Positions 49,391 through 61,793 of a stretch of 64,000 nucleotides of DNA are shown here, one piece after another. Origin of the DNA: Anthoceros angustus (Eukaryota; Plantae; Anthocerotophyta); contig MU008189.1 in NCBI GenBank assembly GCA_010909165.1, positions 612,076-676,075 on the forward strand. The letters are read 5' to 3'. The position numbers were made by a program, and so were the translations under genes. Under the pieces are notes generated by a model that did no database searches, was not told the DNA's origin, and saw nothing but the letters and a program-made list of their open reading frames with translations. How positions within the stretch are numbered: position 1 is the first letter of the stretch; each line of letters opens with the position of its first letter.

Positions 49391-52300
49391 GAGAGCGTGT
49401 TCGGAGTCCAACATTCGGCTTGGAGCATGAGCGATTAGCGAGTATAGCCGAGTTGGTGTGGGACAGTGCGGCGCAGATGTTTTTTTTTGAAGCCTGGTGG
49501 TAATTGGGCTCTCGCGGCGTAGAGCGGTTTTCTTTTGGGGGATTTTTTGGTATTTCTTTTCTGCACCATGGGGCCTCCTTCTTGATGGAGTTAGCTGGGA
49601 TGTGTCTGTGGGGCAGGGGCGTTGGGAGCAGATTGGGAGTACAGTTTAGGGTTCGAGGTCAGGAGCGTGTTTGGAGTATAACATTCGGTTTGGAACGGGA
49701 GCGATTACGAAGTACGGCCGAGTTGGTGCGGGACTGCGGTGCAAATGTTTTGTTAGGAGTGCACAGTGGTAATTGGGCTCGGGCGGCGTGGAACAATTTT
49801 CTTTTCTGCAGCATGGGGCCTTCTTCTTCCACGTCCGTCATGAACAATCCTTGTCCATGTGCGAGAAATTATTTCAGAGCTCAAGGGGTCAAGAATCACA
49901 AAGGTTTGGTTCACAAGGACTTCAATCGGACTACTTGGGAGGCTCAACTCAGGCTTGCTTCTTCCTCCACTATTGTCCTCTCGACTACGTGTCTAGATAC
50001 CCCCCTTGGGCCCTTGGCAGTGATTACAAGGGTAGTCTGATCACCATTTGGTCTTGTACGAAGCTCGCTTCTTGGGATCACGCCTTTTTCGATGCCTCTC
50101 GTAGCGCCTTCAAGACAACGTCCACCTTGCTTATCGGTCCTCTTGGAGCGCCTTATGCAAGATTCTCAAGACGAGGCTGCTTGGGGTTTGTTCCTTTTCC
50201 TCCCCCCTCGGTGGTGCCTTCGTCGATCCTAGGGCGGTTTTCCTAGCCATTGGGAGGTTACCTCCCGTCTCTATCGGTTTCGAGCGGGGGATCGGGAGGC
50301 CCTACAGTAAGAGGCCGGGCGCGGCGAGATCTAGGTTGGACTCTGCTAAGGTGTATAGAGTTCGTCCGGACGCCACGAAGGCGTGTCTCAAAAAGTGCCT
50401 CTTGTCGGGTCACGCTGGGAAGTTCGCTAGGGCTGCTTGGGTTCTTCGCCCTTCGCCTTGGGCTCGTACTAAATCGCTGTCCTTCACGTCTGTGAAGGAA
50501 CTTTTGTTAGCGAACTAGCCGGGCGCACACTAACACAATGTTGATGTAGTACAGGGGTTCGTTCCACAGGGAATGGACTCGTGCTTATTCTGCCTAAGCT
50601 CTACAACTGGTCACCTGAACGGACTTTATCATCGTATGGGGTCACATCGGACTTGACCGTGAGCGCTCACGCCAGACACCACTCCTCACTCAACGGCCTT
50701 CCACTTAACCCCGCTCAGGGTGTCTCAAAACACTGTTAAAGGTCCGGCAGACCAGAACGAGTTTAACAACGTGTTTCCTCCGTCAGCCTACATACCCTAG
50801 TGCCCCAGCGTTCTTACTCCCTCGACTCCTTCCGACAGCATCCCAACGCAACACACAGGCCGCAACGCCTTCCCCCTTCCTAATCCACCCATAGCTGGTA
50901 TTCGCGACACCAGCACGCCGACGTATTCAAACCGGACCTCCCTTGCTCCTTCCGGGCTGGCGTTGGTGGGGTAATGGCCTACAACCCCACGGCCTCCACC
51001 CAGTGACCTCCGAGGATGGCTTCCGCTCAACGGGGTCACCCCCAAGCGCCTCCTAACCCTTCCGGCACTTCACGTTACTGCGGAGGTGGGCTGCACGACC
51101 TCCGTTCCGGAGCCTCCAAGGTTGATCGGCACAGGAAATCACCCTTGAGCACCTCTTGAGCTCAGGTCCGACCCCGGTCTGCACCCATCAAGCGTGTTGG
51201 CGGAGCTAGTCACCAGAGCTCTCAACACATCCCTCTACCACCAATTAATCCTGCCTTTGTGGCAGAACACACTCGCTCCTCGAACATGGAGGCAGAGCGC
51301 CTGAAGTCGGAGATGGTACCCGTGATAGTACGCGGTCTTGGGCGCCGAGGCCTCCTTATACTCCTCACACCCTAATCTAACCGCAAGTTATGAACCCTAG
51401 GTCGTTGCCGGCCAGATCCATTCCAGACTATGCCGCCCCCGGCCCAACGTCGCTCGCCGATATTGCTCGGACCGCCTGGCCGGACTTTGCCGGACGGACC
51501 GTCGTCGGACTTTATTCGGACGGACCGCTCCGTCGGACTTCGCCCGGACGGACCGCTCCGTCGGACTTCGCCCGGATGGACCGAGGGTTTAGGGACTGCA
51601 CACTAAGTGCAATCTGGCTAAAAATGGTCTTATTGGCTAACTTTGACCTATCCCTGCTAAGAAGTGACAACCCAAAAAAAACAAATCCAGCCCAAAACAA
51701 GCCGCCAGGGTCATGAACACCGGATTGGCACTCCATAGCGTCCTTCATCTGGCCCCGGGTGACATCATTTCGCAAGGTGTTCGGGACTTCATCTCTAAGA
51801 GGCTATTTTGTCTTGATAGGGCGGTCTTCGGCCGGGCTCTTTCCATTGCCCCCCATCTTTCTCCAAGTGGTCTATCAAGATGCTTTATGAGCACCTTCGG
51901 GACGACTTTACTCTGAGGATCACTCCAGCGGTATTTCGGAGCTATTTATCCTGGCGGCCGCTGTGGCGAGGGGGGAGACTCACCCCTTGGATTTCCCATG
52001 TTCTGGGTATTAGCAGGTTGTTGGCTATCGAGAAGCCCATCCTTGGGGTGCGTTCTGTCGTTGTGGGGGAAGCAGTCTTGCAGCTTATTAGCCGCAGCAT
52101 TGCCATCCAGCTCCGGAAGCAGTTCCAGGCCCAGACATTGAGAATGCCTTCAACACTATCTCTAGGGTGGCAATCTTCGACGAGGTCAAGGACATAGTTG
52201 GGCAGCTGGCAAGCCTTGTTCCCTTTGTCCGCTCTTTCTATGGGTCTCCCTCTAACCTCTATTATCAACATGGGCCCTGGGTGGAAGGGGTCTCTGTGCT

Positions 52301-53810
52301 GGACTTGGCAACGCGCATGAGAAAGGCTGAACCTATGGGGAGTGCCGTCTTTGCTATGACGTACTTCAGGGTTCTATCTATAATTGTCTCCCTAGTTCGG
52401 GAATGTATGTCTGTATCCATCAGTGGCTGACGATACCTATATCCTAGGGCCTGGGGACAAGGTTAAGGAGGCTTTTGAATCCTTCTCCTCGGAGGTCTCT
52501 CGCTTTGACTTGAGAGTCAAGATCTTAAAGTGCAGGGTTTGGTCTGCTTTGGGTGTTTCGCCCTCTCTTCATTATCCAGAGAGGGATATTGCTTCTTCGC
52601 AAGGACTTCGAGTTCTAGGCGTTTTGATGGGGCCCTCAGCCTTCATACAGGAATACGTGGACGTGGCTCTAAGAGAGGAATTGGCGCATATTGGCGATCT
52701 TTGCCAACTTGGGGACCCACAATTGTCGTTTGGTATCCTCTCTTTTTGTATTGCACGCCGAGTGCCTTCGAGTGCGCTACTGGGGATCTGGCAAGGTGCC
52801 AGGCATCTCTTTTGGTCACTTTTGGCGGCATTGGTGTGCTGGATACGGAGGCCTCTATACCGACAGCATTTTTGAGGGAGCTGGGCCCTCTCCCCCCCCC
52901 ATCCTAGTCTCCCATTTTAAAGATGCCTGCAAGGGGAAAGCTCCCACATAAACGCCCAAGACAAAGGCCTCTAAGATGCGGGAATCGGGATTGGTTAGGG
53001 GATCTTTATCCTCCAAGGCTAGGGCTGCCATGCCACATTTTTCCTCGAGGTTCTTGGTTTCTAGCTTGACTTTGTATCCATGTTTTCCGCATCCCACCAA
53101 CAACTTTTTTTATCGCAATGAGGTTTCATCTGGGTTTGGTCCAACCTCTGGCCTGCTCTCTTTTAACATGCTGTTGTGGGGCCCCCTCGACGACTCAGGG
53201 ACCTACCTGGCTCCCTATCCCATTGGCGGGTAGTGATTGCTACGCAAGACACCGTCCGAGACATCATGTTCTCGATGGCTTGGGAGAGCGGGTTCTTTGC
53301 TTATAGAGAGCGCCCATATATTGTACTCAATAGCGTTTCTCTCAGGGTTGATCTGTTTTTGACTTGGGGGGATTAGGTTTCTATTGCTGATGTGGTTGTA
53401 ACAGACCCTATCACGGACAATGTGTGCGAGCATGTTATCTTCAATGCTTCGGGGTGCGTGGTGGAGAGATGTGTGATAGCGAAGATCCACAAGTACTCTC
53501 CCATGCAGGATGGCCACGCCTTCATCCCCCTTGCCATCGAGACTCACGGGGCCATACGCAAGGATTTCTCCAGGTTCATCAAGGCTTGTAGCAAGGCTTA
53601 CCACTCTCACAAGAATGGGGTTGGTCTCGCCCTTTCTTGTATTGTGGCTTTCTTCAGGCAACGGGTGTCCATCGCGAGTGCATTGTACAGGACGGCGGCA
53701 AGCGCAGGGGATGCGGCATCTTCGGCACTGGTGGTAGGTAGGCCTTTTCATGTCCCGGACCATGAAATTCTCGGAGTAGTAGGTAGTTTCAAGTTGAAGT
53801 TTGACTAGCT
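49390..53810 (+). mobile_element. CRE-clade non-LTR retrotransposon 2 (ORF ~49813-53808, degraded), split by an ~1.2-kb insertion at ~50500-51700
   Basis: CPC...GVKNHKGLVH finger; YEHLRD; SRLLAIEKP..GVR.VVVGE; GEPMGSAVFAM; MADDTYILGPGDKVKEAF; RVDLFL...IADVVVTDP; FIPLAIETHG; FFRQRVSIA. Confidence 0.85.
50500..51700. other. Unclassified insertion in CRE element 2 containing ~28-bp CGGACGGACCGCTCCGTCGGACTTCGCC repeats (51480-51580)
   Basis: The CRE protein reads ...RAAWVLRPSP on the left and resumes ALHSVLHLAP...YEHLRD on the right. No TSD or LTR termini resolved. Confidence 0.5.
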
Positions 53811-54787
53811 TGTCCCTCTTTTCCAACTGGCACCTCTTTCTTTGTCCTCAATCAACACCCTCTAGAGCACTTCCAGCACCTCTGTGGAATTCTCCCCAAG
53901 CTCCCTCAATTCCCGACTTGACTCCCAAATCTTCTTAGCCTTGAGCTCATTAACTTCAGTGTTTGCCTTGGTCCTCCTCGCACGTATGGCTTTGACACGC
54001 TTGTTCATGGCACCCTGCTCCTTGAAGAAGTACTCCTCCTCATCGTCGAAACACTGTAACTTCACCACCACTTGAAGAAGCTAGTCGTCTAGCCAATGAC
54101 ACTCTACGAATGTCCGAGCATGCCGAGCACTTTTCAATGGAGTTCTTTTTTAATGAAGTGATAAGGCTTTAAGAAAATATTTCAAAAAGTACAAAAAAGC
54201 CCCATGACGAAGAAGCGGAGGCCCGAAAACAATGGTACCTGACCTGGACATAAAATGTCTTGCTTACATTGCAGGGTCGCGCGAAGTGAGTTTTGTATCT
54301 TGCATTCCCCGGAGTCCCGACTTCATCACATTTACTTCTGTAAAATGTAAATGTATTTCATGTACATAAGTTGACTATGACACGAAGTAAAGAAGCGCAC
54401 TGTACGGCAGGAGGAACGGCGAAAGGAATCGTGCGGGAAACCACGGCGGCAAGCTCGCGCGGTGACGTGGTGAGGATGCACACTTGTCGCCGCTGCGGAG
54501 AGGAAAGCGGAGCTCGGCACGCTCTTCCCTCACCAATTCGCGGTCTCCAGCCAAATTCTGCTTCACTCCAAGAGATTCTACCTGCGGCGTCGCTTCCAGT
54601 TCCTGTGCAGCTGTAAACATAAGCGTCCCACCTCCATCTCTCTCCACCTCGGCTCCGGCTTGCTCAATTCTGGCTAATCTGTCCACTGTGCTCCGGAGGG
54701 AGAGCTGAGGGATATCGGAGGCCACCAACCTCGTTTTCGCGGCGCCGTGGGGAAGCACTGAGGTTGTGAGATCGGAGTAAGTGCACC

Positions 54788-56852
54788 ATGATTCCCTACA
54801 ACAGCGCAGAGAATGGGGTGAAGGTGGGGTACAGCGTGGAGGATGGGAGGGATCCGGCGGACCTGGATTCCCGCCTGCCGGTGCTTCAGGACGCCGACCT
54901 CCAGGACAAGGTTGTCCTCCTCCGGGTGGACCACAATGTTGTGAAGAAAGGTGCACAGTACTTGTAAGCCCCCTTTGAATGCCCGTTAGGGACGGGCATG
55001 TGCCTCAGCTTACCCTTCGGTGCTTGTCCTGGCAGGGAAGATTCAGGACCAGTACAGAATCGATGTGACTCTTGCAACTTTATACAACATCGTGGAGAGA
55101 GGAGGCCGCCCCATTCTCATGACTCACATCGGGCGCCCCTTTGATAAGAAGAGCAAGAAGATCACTATCCGGAAAGACGATTCGGTGGAAGCTGTTGTCT
55201 CCTACTTGCAACGCAAGCTTAAGATCAAGTTTGCGTTGCCTCAGTTCCACACAAATGGAGCTGATGAAGGTATCCCGGATATTGATACTTCCATCAACTG
55301 GCTTATTCATGATCTGCGGGCACGGAAAATTGGTGGAATCTACCTTCCCAACACCAGGTGGTTTGGGGTAAGTTGGCAGCAAAGAAAAACCTTCCCTCTC
55401 CGTGCAGTGGCCTGTTTTTTCTGCAGGAAGAGTTCACACTGACTGGAACTGCGTGCTGCAGGGAGAGGAAGATAAAGGCGAAACGATGCAACGGTTTGTT
55501 GTGCAACTAGCAGGATTGGCTGATGTGTATGTCAATGACGCCTTTGGATCTTGGCAATCACATGCTTCAACTTATCATATCACCAAATTTTTGCCGTCAT
55601 ATGCAGGACTGTGTTTACAGGTCAGTCCCATGATAGGAAAAATTTCATCCACGTCGACTCTAATAGATTTTTCTTCTTCTTCCTGAACTGTAGGAGAGTG
55701 TAGAAATTGAGTTCTGAAATAAATGGGCTGGCTTGCTAATCTCGGATGCTGAGCCAAAACTACGGTGTGAATGTGCAGGATGAGCTTATCAATGTCAAGT
55801 CTGTCTTGAATGCCACAAGACCCTTCGTTGCAGTTGTAGCAGGTTCCAAGTATGATACCAAGATTGGACCTCTTGCAGAAATTTACAAAAAGGTTGATAA
55901 ACTGGTATTGGGCGGAGTCATCTACAACACCTTCTTGTGTGCGAAATATGGTGTAAAGATCAAGGGAGTAGAGGTAACATGCGGGCTGGTTACTTGAGTG
56001 ATTCGTCGATTTTGCCAACAGGGTGTTTAGATGCGGGGTGCTCTACAGACTCGCCCAATTGCTGTGATTGCAGGATTCTGATATTGAGCTAGCAAAAGGC
56101 CTGGTGGAACAAGATAAGGAGGCCAAAAAGCTGGTTGAACTTCCGTTTGTTATAGAATCAGACACCCTAGAAGGTCGTGTGGAGGGGAAGTATCGCACAA
56201 TCAGTGTTAAGGTACGCCAATTGCTTGCTTGAGTAGCGAGGTCCATGTTCCTACCTGACTCTATGCCTTGAATTGGATTTGCAGGACTTCGCACCAGGAA
56301 AGGAGTATCAGTATGTGGTGGATGCGGCTCCTGAATCCTTTGACGATGAGACCGTTAAAGAAGCCCTGCATTCAGCCAAGACAATCTTTGTCAATGCTGT
56401 CATGGGATTCATGCCTCATTTTTGGGAGGGCACTAGCAAGATGGATGAAGTTATTGACCGCAATCGTACAGCTCAAAAGTTTTTAGGGGGAGGAGATACT
56501 CTTCAGGAATTTAAAAGGTATATATCCTGGCATCACCGTAGTCAAGGCTTTGTTTTTCAGTCCTATCCGCGCTCCTCTTGTTTCCAGAACGACTGTCAAG
56601 TGTGCACGGTTCTGAAGCTTGTGGTTTGTTGAAAATGCCTTGGCTCTTTGCAGTTTGCATCCAGGGTTGTATCATGCGGCTCTCAACAGTGCCAAATACT
56701 ACCTGTTCACCGGAGGTGGTACAGTCCTCAAGGTGCTGGAGGAGGGAGATCCCTACGGACTCGACATTGTTAAGGCTCTCATTCAGAACAAAGAGACATT
56801 CGCTCAGAAGGCAGAGGGTCGCAACGGACAGCTTTATCACAATGGTCATTAA
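54788..56852 (+). CDS. PGK: Phosphoglycerate kinase-family protein, divergent type; join(54788..54950,55036..55367,55462..55620,55779..55973,56074..56211,56285..56517,56654..56852), 472 aa
   Basis: Seven exons with GT-AG introns give a continuous 1419-nt frame. PGK-like motifs: VLLRVDHNV, YRID, MTHIGRP, PNTRWF, YVNDAFG...HAS, AGSKYDTKI, GGVIYNTFL, GGGDT, FTGGGT. True start may lie upstream. Confidence 0.9.
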
Positions 56853-57466
56853 CACTTAAAAGCTGGATTGCCGTGTTGGTCCGGAGTCCGGATAACAAAT
56901 GTTCTACCGCTAACTTACACCACCGTGAAAATGGCTGCCTTGTGGAGGCCCTGCTGGACGCGTTCTGTACCGTAGCTCCATGTTTCAAATTTTAGAGAGG
57001 AAAATTTATGTAATAAAAAAATAAATATTATTTAAAGATAAAACCTGATTGATTGAAGCGGTGAAAAGCAAGAATAGGTATTTACATGATGCAGCCCTTG
57101 GAGAAAGCAGGCCGACAAAGTTGGGTTTATTCAAACAAGAAGTTTAGGTGAAGCTCTATAAAGAGACTCGTAGGTTGTGCAACAAACTGAATTTGGAAGG
57201 ATAGTAACACCTAGCAGCAGCCTATCTAAGATTATGTGAAGACGCATGTCTCTCATGGCGAATGCCCTGGTCATGGTCTCTCCCTTTGACTATATGGTTA
57301 TAAGCAACTGGACCAATTTGGACCGGAGAATACATTTGATTGCCTCAAAGACCTTACGGACCCAAAAAAACCATCAGGCCTACTTTCGCTATGACGCTGA
57401 TTTGTAATGCGCAATGCGACAAAGCTCATAGGCACTAGTGATAAGCGTTTCTCACGAATGGCCATT

Positions 57467-58379
57467 TTAAAGGTTTACAGAATCTCGGACAAAACGGAAC
57501 ACGGCACTGGCAGCAGGAATCCCGATGGCAAGAGCAGCGACAACAATCCAGAAACTGCAGCGAAGACCTTTTCTCTCCTCTTCAAGCGCAGAAGTGCGAT
57601 CTCTCAAGGAATTTATCGAGCCTGCCTCCGAATTCATTACAGGAGTAACACTAGCACTCGGAAGGGCTGGCAGCGGGACTCCAACACGCTCCGGTTCAGT
57701 CTGTGAAGAGTTGGACTCCGGCTCCGGCTCTGGCTTTAGTTTGAACTCCCTTTCCAGCTCCGGCTCTGGCGCTGGCTCTGGTTCCGGCTCCGGCTCCGGC
57801 TCCTTCACCGTTGGGATTACCTGATCACCACCCATGTCGACTAGTTGTCTCGCGGGTCTCGTGGTCGGAGCGGGTCTTCTTTGGAATCGCAGATTTGTGA
57901 CTGTAGGCAAGTAGTCTGCGCTCGACATGGCGCTGAAGACATCCGGTGATTCCTCAAACTCTTCAGAATTGCAAGGAATAAACGAAGCGTTTCCTGCACA
58001 GTGTCAGTACATTAGGAGTACCAAGTTCTGCTCAAAACGAAAACTCTCCGAAATGATGCGAACCTCTGAGCAGACGGGAGAACCTATTGGTGGTCGTGTT
58101 GGAAATTCTGGAATCGCCAAGCTCGACAACGTCCACCTTCACCTGGGTCACATCTGCTATGCGGTATACCCACAGCCGCCGATTGTCCAGAGACCACATA
58201 AGTCCCCTATGCTCGATCACTCTGATGCGGGGAAAATCTGTGGGATGAAGTCTGCCAGTTCGCATCTCCCGAGCGGTGTGGTCAATTGTGTCGCCCTTCT
58301 GGAAGTGAGCAGAAATAGTTTTCTGCGTGAATCGCACATTTGCAGGATTCATTTGAACCGTTCTGCCACCTTCTTCCAT
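57467..58379 (-). CDS. Tail-anchored protein with N-terminal ParB/Srx-like domain, PE-repeat linker, short coiled coil and C-terminal TM; join(complement 58064..58379, 57467..57993), 280 aa
   Basis: Exon 1: NPANVRFTQKTISAHF..GDTI...HPTDFPRIRVIEHRGLMWSLDNRRLWVYR. A 70-nt GT-AG intron with a CTGAC branch point restores the frame into EPEPEPEPEP...SLRDRTSALEEERK and the hydrophobic FWIVVAALAIGIPAASAVF. Confidence 0.75.
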
Positions 58380-59589
58380 GGCTCGGTTTTCTGCAAATGA
58401 AACGAAACACATGACGCGCCAGAATGATCATGCTGGAAAACATGCTTAATTGAATTCAAAATACAAGCAGACTTGAAGATAGCTTCAAACCAGATTGTAA
58501 TAGTCCACACCTTTTGCGGAGGAGGGTTTGCGGAGGAGCGTTACAGGATACCTTTCCCAACTTCATGGAACGCAGCAGATAAGTGTGTGACCAAGTAGCC
58601 CTATTTGTCATGTAGGCAGTAACGCAGCATATAAGTGTGTAACCAAGTAGCCCTATAAGTGTGTAACCAAGTAGCCCTGCCTAGCGTCTCGAGGGTAATG
58701 CTAGAAGAGGAAGCGCTTACACTTCCAAGAATATTAATCATCAAGCTTGCACCATTCTAAATTTCAGAAGCATTCTTATTCCGTTATTTAAAACTCTGCA
58801 CCATTCTAAATTACAGAAACATTCTTATTCTGTAATTTAAAAGTATCGAGATGGATGACCTCTAGCTTCTTTAACACCCCCGGCTTCTTAAGAGGCGTTT
58901 CAAGCGATCAGCTTCGCCTTCTCAACATGCATTTGACCTTCATCCGTCCGTTGGTGACAGACCCATTAACTTCAACGTCTCAGCAATCATTTGACCCTTG
59001 AGCATTTGGTGACAAGACCCATCACCTCCAGCTTGTCCATTGACTTCATTCTCAAACAACCAACTGCATCATAAGCTAAAGACCTCTAGTGATCCTGCCA
59101 TAACTCTTTCATCGCATTGTGAGCCTGGAGTGTCCCGGCCTGTCCAGTGGTAGATGAGTTTACTAACAAATGATGCATGGTTGGCAGATGCCGGCAAACC
59201 ACAAAGCCTGAGGGAGGCATTGGAAGGACCAAAGGCGAAGGAGTGGAAAGAAGCTGTGGACAGTGAGTATAACTCCCTTCTCAAGAACAAAACTTGGGCA
59301 ATCACTCCTCTACCTCCCGGAAGGAAGAGCATAGGATCCAAGTGGACATTCAAGATTAAGCGCAAGGCTAATGGAAGCATAGAGCACTACAAGGCAAGGT
59401 TGATGGGGAAAGGATATATACAAGTCCCATGCGTGGATTTTACTGACACCTTCTCCCCTGTTGCTAAGATAGCATCTATCCGAGCTCTCCTAGCTATCCC
59501 AGCCGCTTTCGACATGGAGATACGTTATATGGATGTTCTGACTGCTTTTCTGAATGGAGATCTGGATGAAGAGATCTACATGGACCAAC

Positions 59590-59766
59590 TAACAATAGAG
59601 CGATATTGTTGTGCGCACACATGTGTGCTCTCATAGTTGATTAATTAGAATAATGATTTCTCAAAGTACAAAAGTATTTTTATACTAAACTCTAATACGA
59701 AAAGTCATCTGGATATGTAATAGTTAAACATACGTAAACTACGTCGAAGGTTTACTAACCCTAACA
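59590..59766. mobile_element. 177-bp AT-rich insertion in the copia RT with a 5-bp TSD (CCAAC)
   Basis: Removing it restores ATG GAC CAA CCA GAG GGA (MDQPEG). CCAAC at 59585-59589 and 59767-59771. Confidence 0.75.
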
Positions 59767-61023
59767 CCAACCAGAGGGATACGAAATACCAGGATGTGAG
59801 GGAGAGGTATGTAGGCTGCTAAAGGCTCTCTATGGTCTTAAGCTATCTGCTCTTGCTTGGTATTGTAAGGTTGATGTGTTTTTCCAGGCTAAAGGTTTCA
59901 AGAAAACCAATGCTGACTGGAATATCTATGTGAAGAGAGTGGGAGAATCCATAATTATCATTACTGTCTATGTGGATGACATGGAACTCTTAGACTCAGT
60001 AAAGCAAAGCCTTAATGATCAAATGCTAGCAATGATCATGACATGGAACTCTTAGACTCAGTAAAGCAAAGCCTTAATGCAAGCTTTGATATGAGAGATT
60101 TGGGTGAGCTACACTATTTCCTAGGAATAAGAGTGGAAAGGAATAGGGTTAACAAGCAGATCTTTTTGAGCCAACAAACATATGTGGAGACCATACTGGA
60201 GTGTTTTGGCATGTAAGATTGCAAACCCATGAAGACGCCAATGATCTTCAATGAGAAGCTATCAAGGGAGATGAGCCCTACAAACGAAAAGGAGAAAGAG
60301 AAGGTAGATAAGACTCTCTACCAATGTGTTATTGGTTGTCTTACATATTTGGCAACAGGGACAACGCCCAACATTGCAGAGGCAGTGTGAGTTGTGAGTC
60401 AATTCTTGGCTAACCCTGGACAACAGCATTATCAAGCAGTCAAGAGGATATTCGGATACTTGCACGGCACAAAACATTAAAAATTGAAATACCAAAAGGA
60501 GCGACAACAAAAAGCCCTGGTGGTGGGATTTTGTGATTCAGATTGGGGTAGAGATGTCGAGATGTCGATGGCCGCAAGTCTACCATAGGATATGTGTTTA
60601 TGCTATTTGGGGGAGCCATTTCATGGAGCAGTAGGCGTTAGCCTACTTACGCCTACTGTGGCTCTGTCCTCTATAGAAACGGAGTACATGGCAATGTCTG
60701 CTGCAAGAATGGAAGCAATATGGCTACGACGATTGCTCGAAGAAATGGGATTTAAGCAGCAGGGTGCAACAATCATCTTCAATGACAATCAAGGTTGCAT
60801 TTACTTAGCCAAGTATGTTACTTTTCATGCGAGGACGAAACACATTGAAGTAAAGCATCACTTCATCATAGAGAAAGTTCAATCCAAAGAGATAGAGCTA
60901 GCGTATTGTCCCACTAAGGACATGCCTGTAGATATTTTGACCAAAGGGTTGACTTTAGAGAAGCACGTTAAGTTTAGCAAGATGTTAGGCTTAAAAAAGT
61001 AGTACCTATATGTTGATTGGGAG

Positions 61024-61309
61024 TGTTAGAAATTTATAGGATTAGTGCAACACATCCCTACTAGAGTTATAAGAATAAGTCCTAGAAATATATAGGACAA
61101 TCCAGGATCGAGATAGGGTTCATACTATCGAGAGTATGACAAGGCCAAGGGCTGTATATGTATGCATAGCACACCATTTTTAATGTACCAAACTTGAGGA
61201 TCGAGATAGGGTTCATACTATTGAGAGTATGACAAGGCCAAGGGCTGTATATGTATGCATAGCACACCATTTTTAATGTACCAAACTTGAGACTTACTGT
61301 TTTCTAACA
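61024..61309 (+). repeat. Copia 3' LTR with an internal ~90-bp tandem duplication
   Basis: Follows GATTGGGAG; termini TGTTAGAAA...TTTCTAACA are perfect inverted ends. Confidence 0.8.
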
Positions 61310-61793
61310 TTCTCCAGTGATTTTGAAACCTTGAGCAGTTGGTGACCTAACTAAGTTTTCTCACACATAAACAAACAAAGTTCGCGATTGCATCATAAAC
61401 TTAAGCGCTAGAGGTTTTCTCACAAACAAAGAACACATCATAAACAAACAAAGTTGGCGATTGCATCATAAACTTAAGCACCTCTAGTAACTCCTTCATC
61501 TCACTGTGACCCTTGTTGCCCTAGGTGTCATGGTCTGTGAAGTGGTAGAAATAGTTTACGGTAGAAATGATTTACAATATTTCAAAATGCATAGGAGAAG
61601 GGCTTGTGAAGATTACATTAGGTAAGAATACAATGCTCAATCATCTATAATTCTTAATAAAGTATATATAATAAATATGTACAATTGACCAATGTAATGT
61701 ACACAATGCTACGTACATACATATATTGCTCACTTTGGAGCAACAGAGTTTTCATCAGAATTGAGAAGTGCTCACTTTGGAGCAATGCAGGTC

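Larger units (their letters stand above)
59172..61309 (+). mobile_element. 5'-truncated Ty1/copia element (RT, RNase H, 3' LTR), degraded
   Basis: EWKEAVDSEYNSLLKNKTW, KARL.GKGY.Q..VDFTDTFSPV, MDVLTAFLNGDLDEEIYM, YVDD, ALSSIETEY, FNDNQGCI, HARTKHIEVKHHFI, DILTKGL. Confidence 0.92.

Noticed and set aside
53862-54071. 69-aa charged ORF next to the CRE2 3' end
   Set aside because: No motif, splice context or homology recognisable; probably a TE remnant.
55402-55461. First AG (~55427) as the PGK exon 3 acceptor
   Set aside because: The AG at 55460-55461 keeps the frame after TRWFG and gives WFGGEEDK, matching the family pattern; the upstream AG does not.
58580-58680. 24-bp repeat ATAAGTGTGTAACCAAGTAGCCCT upstream of the ParB-like gene as a regulatory array
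   Set aside because: Only about three copies and no supporting motif; looks like simple slippage.
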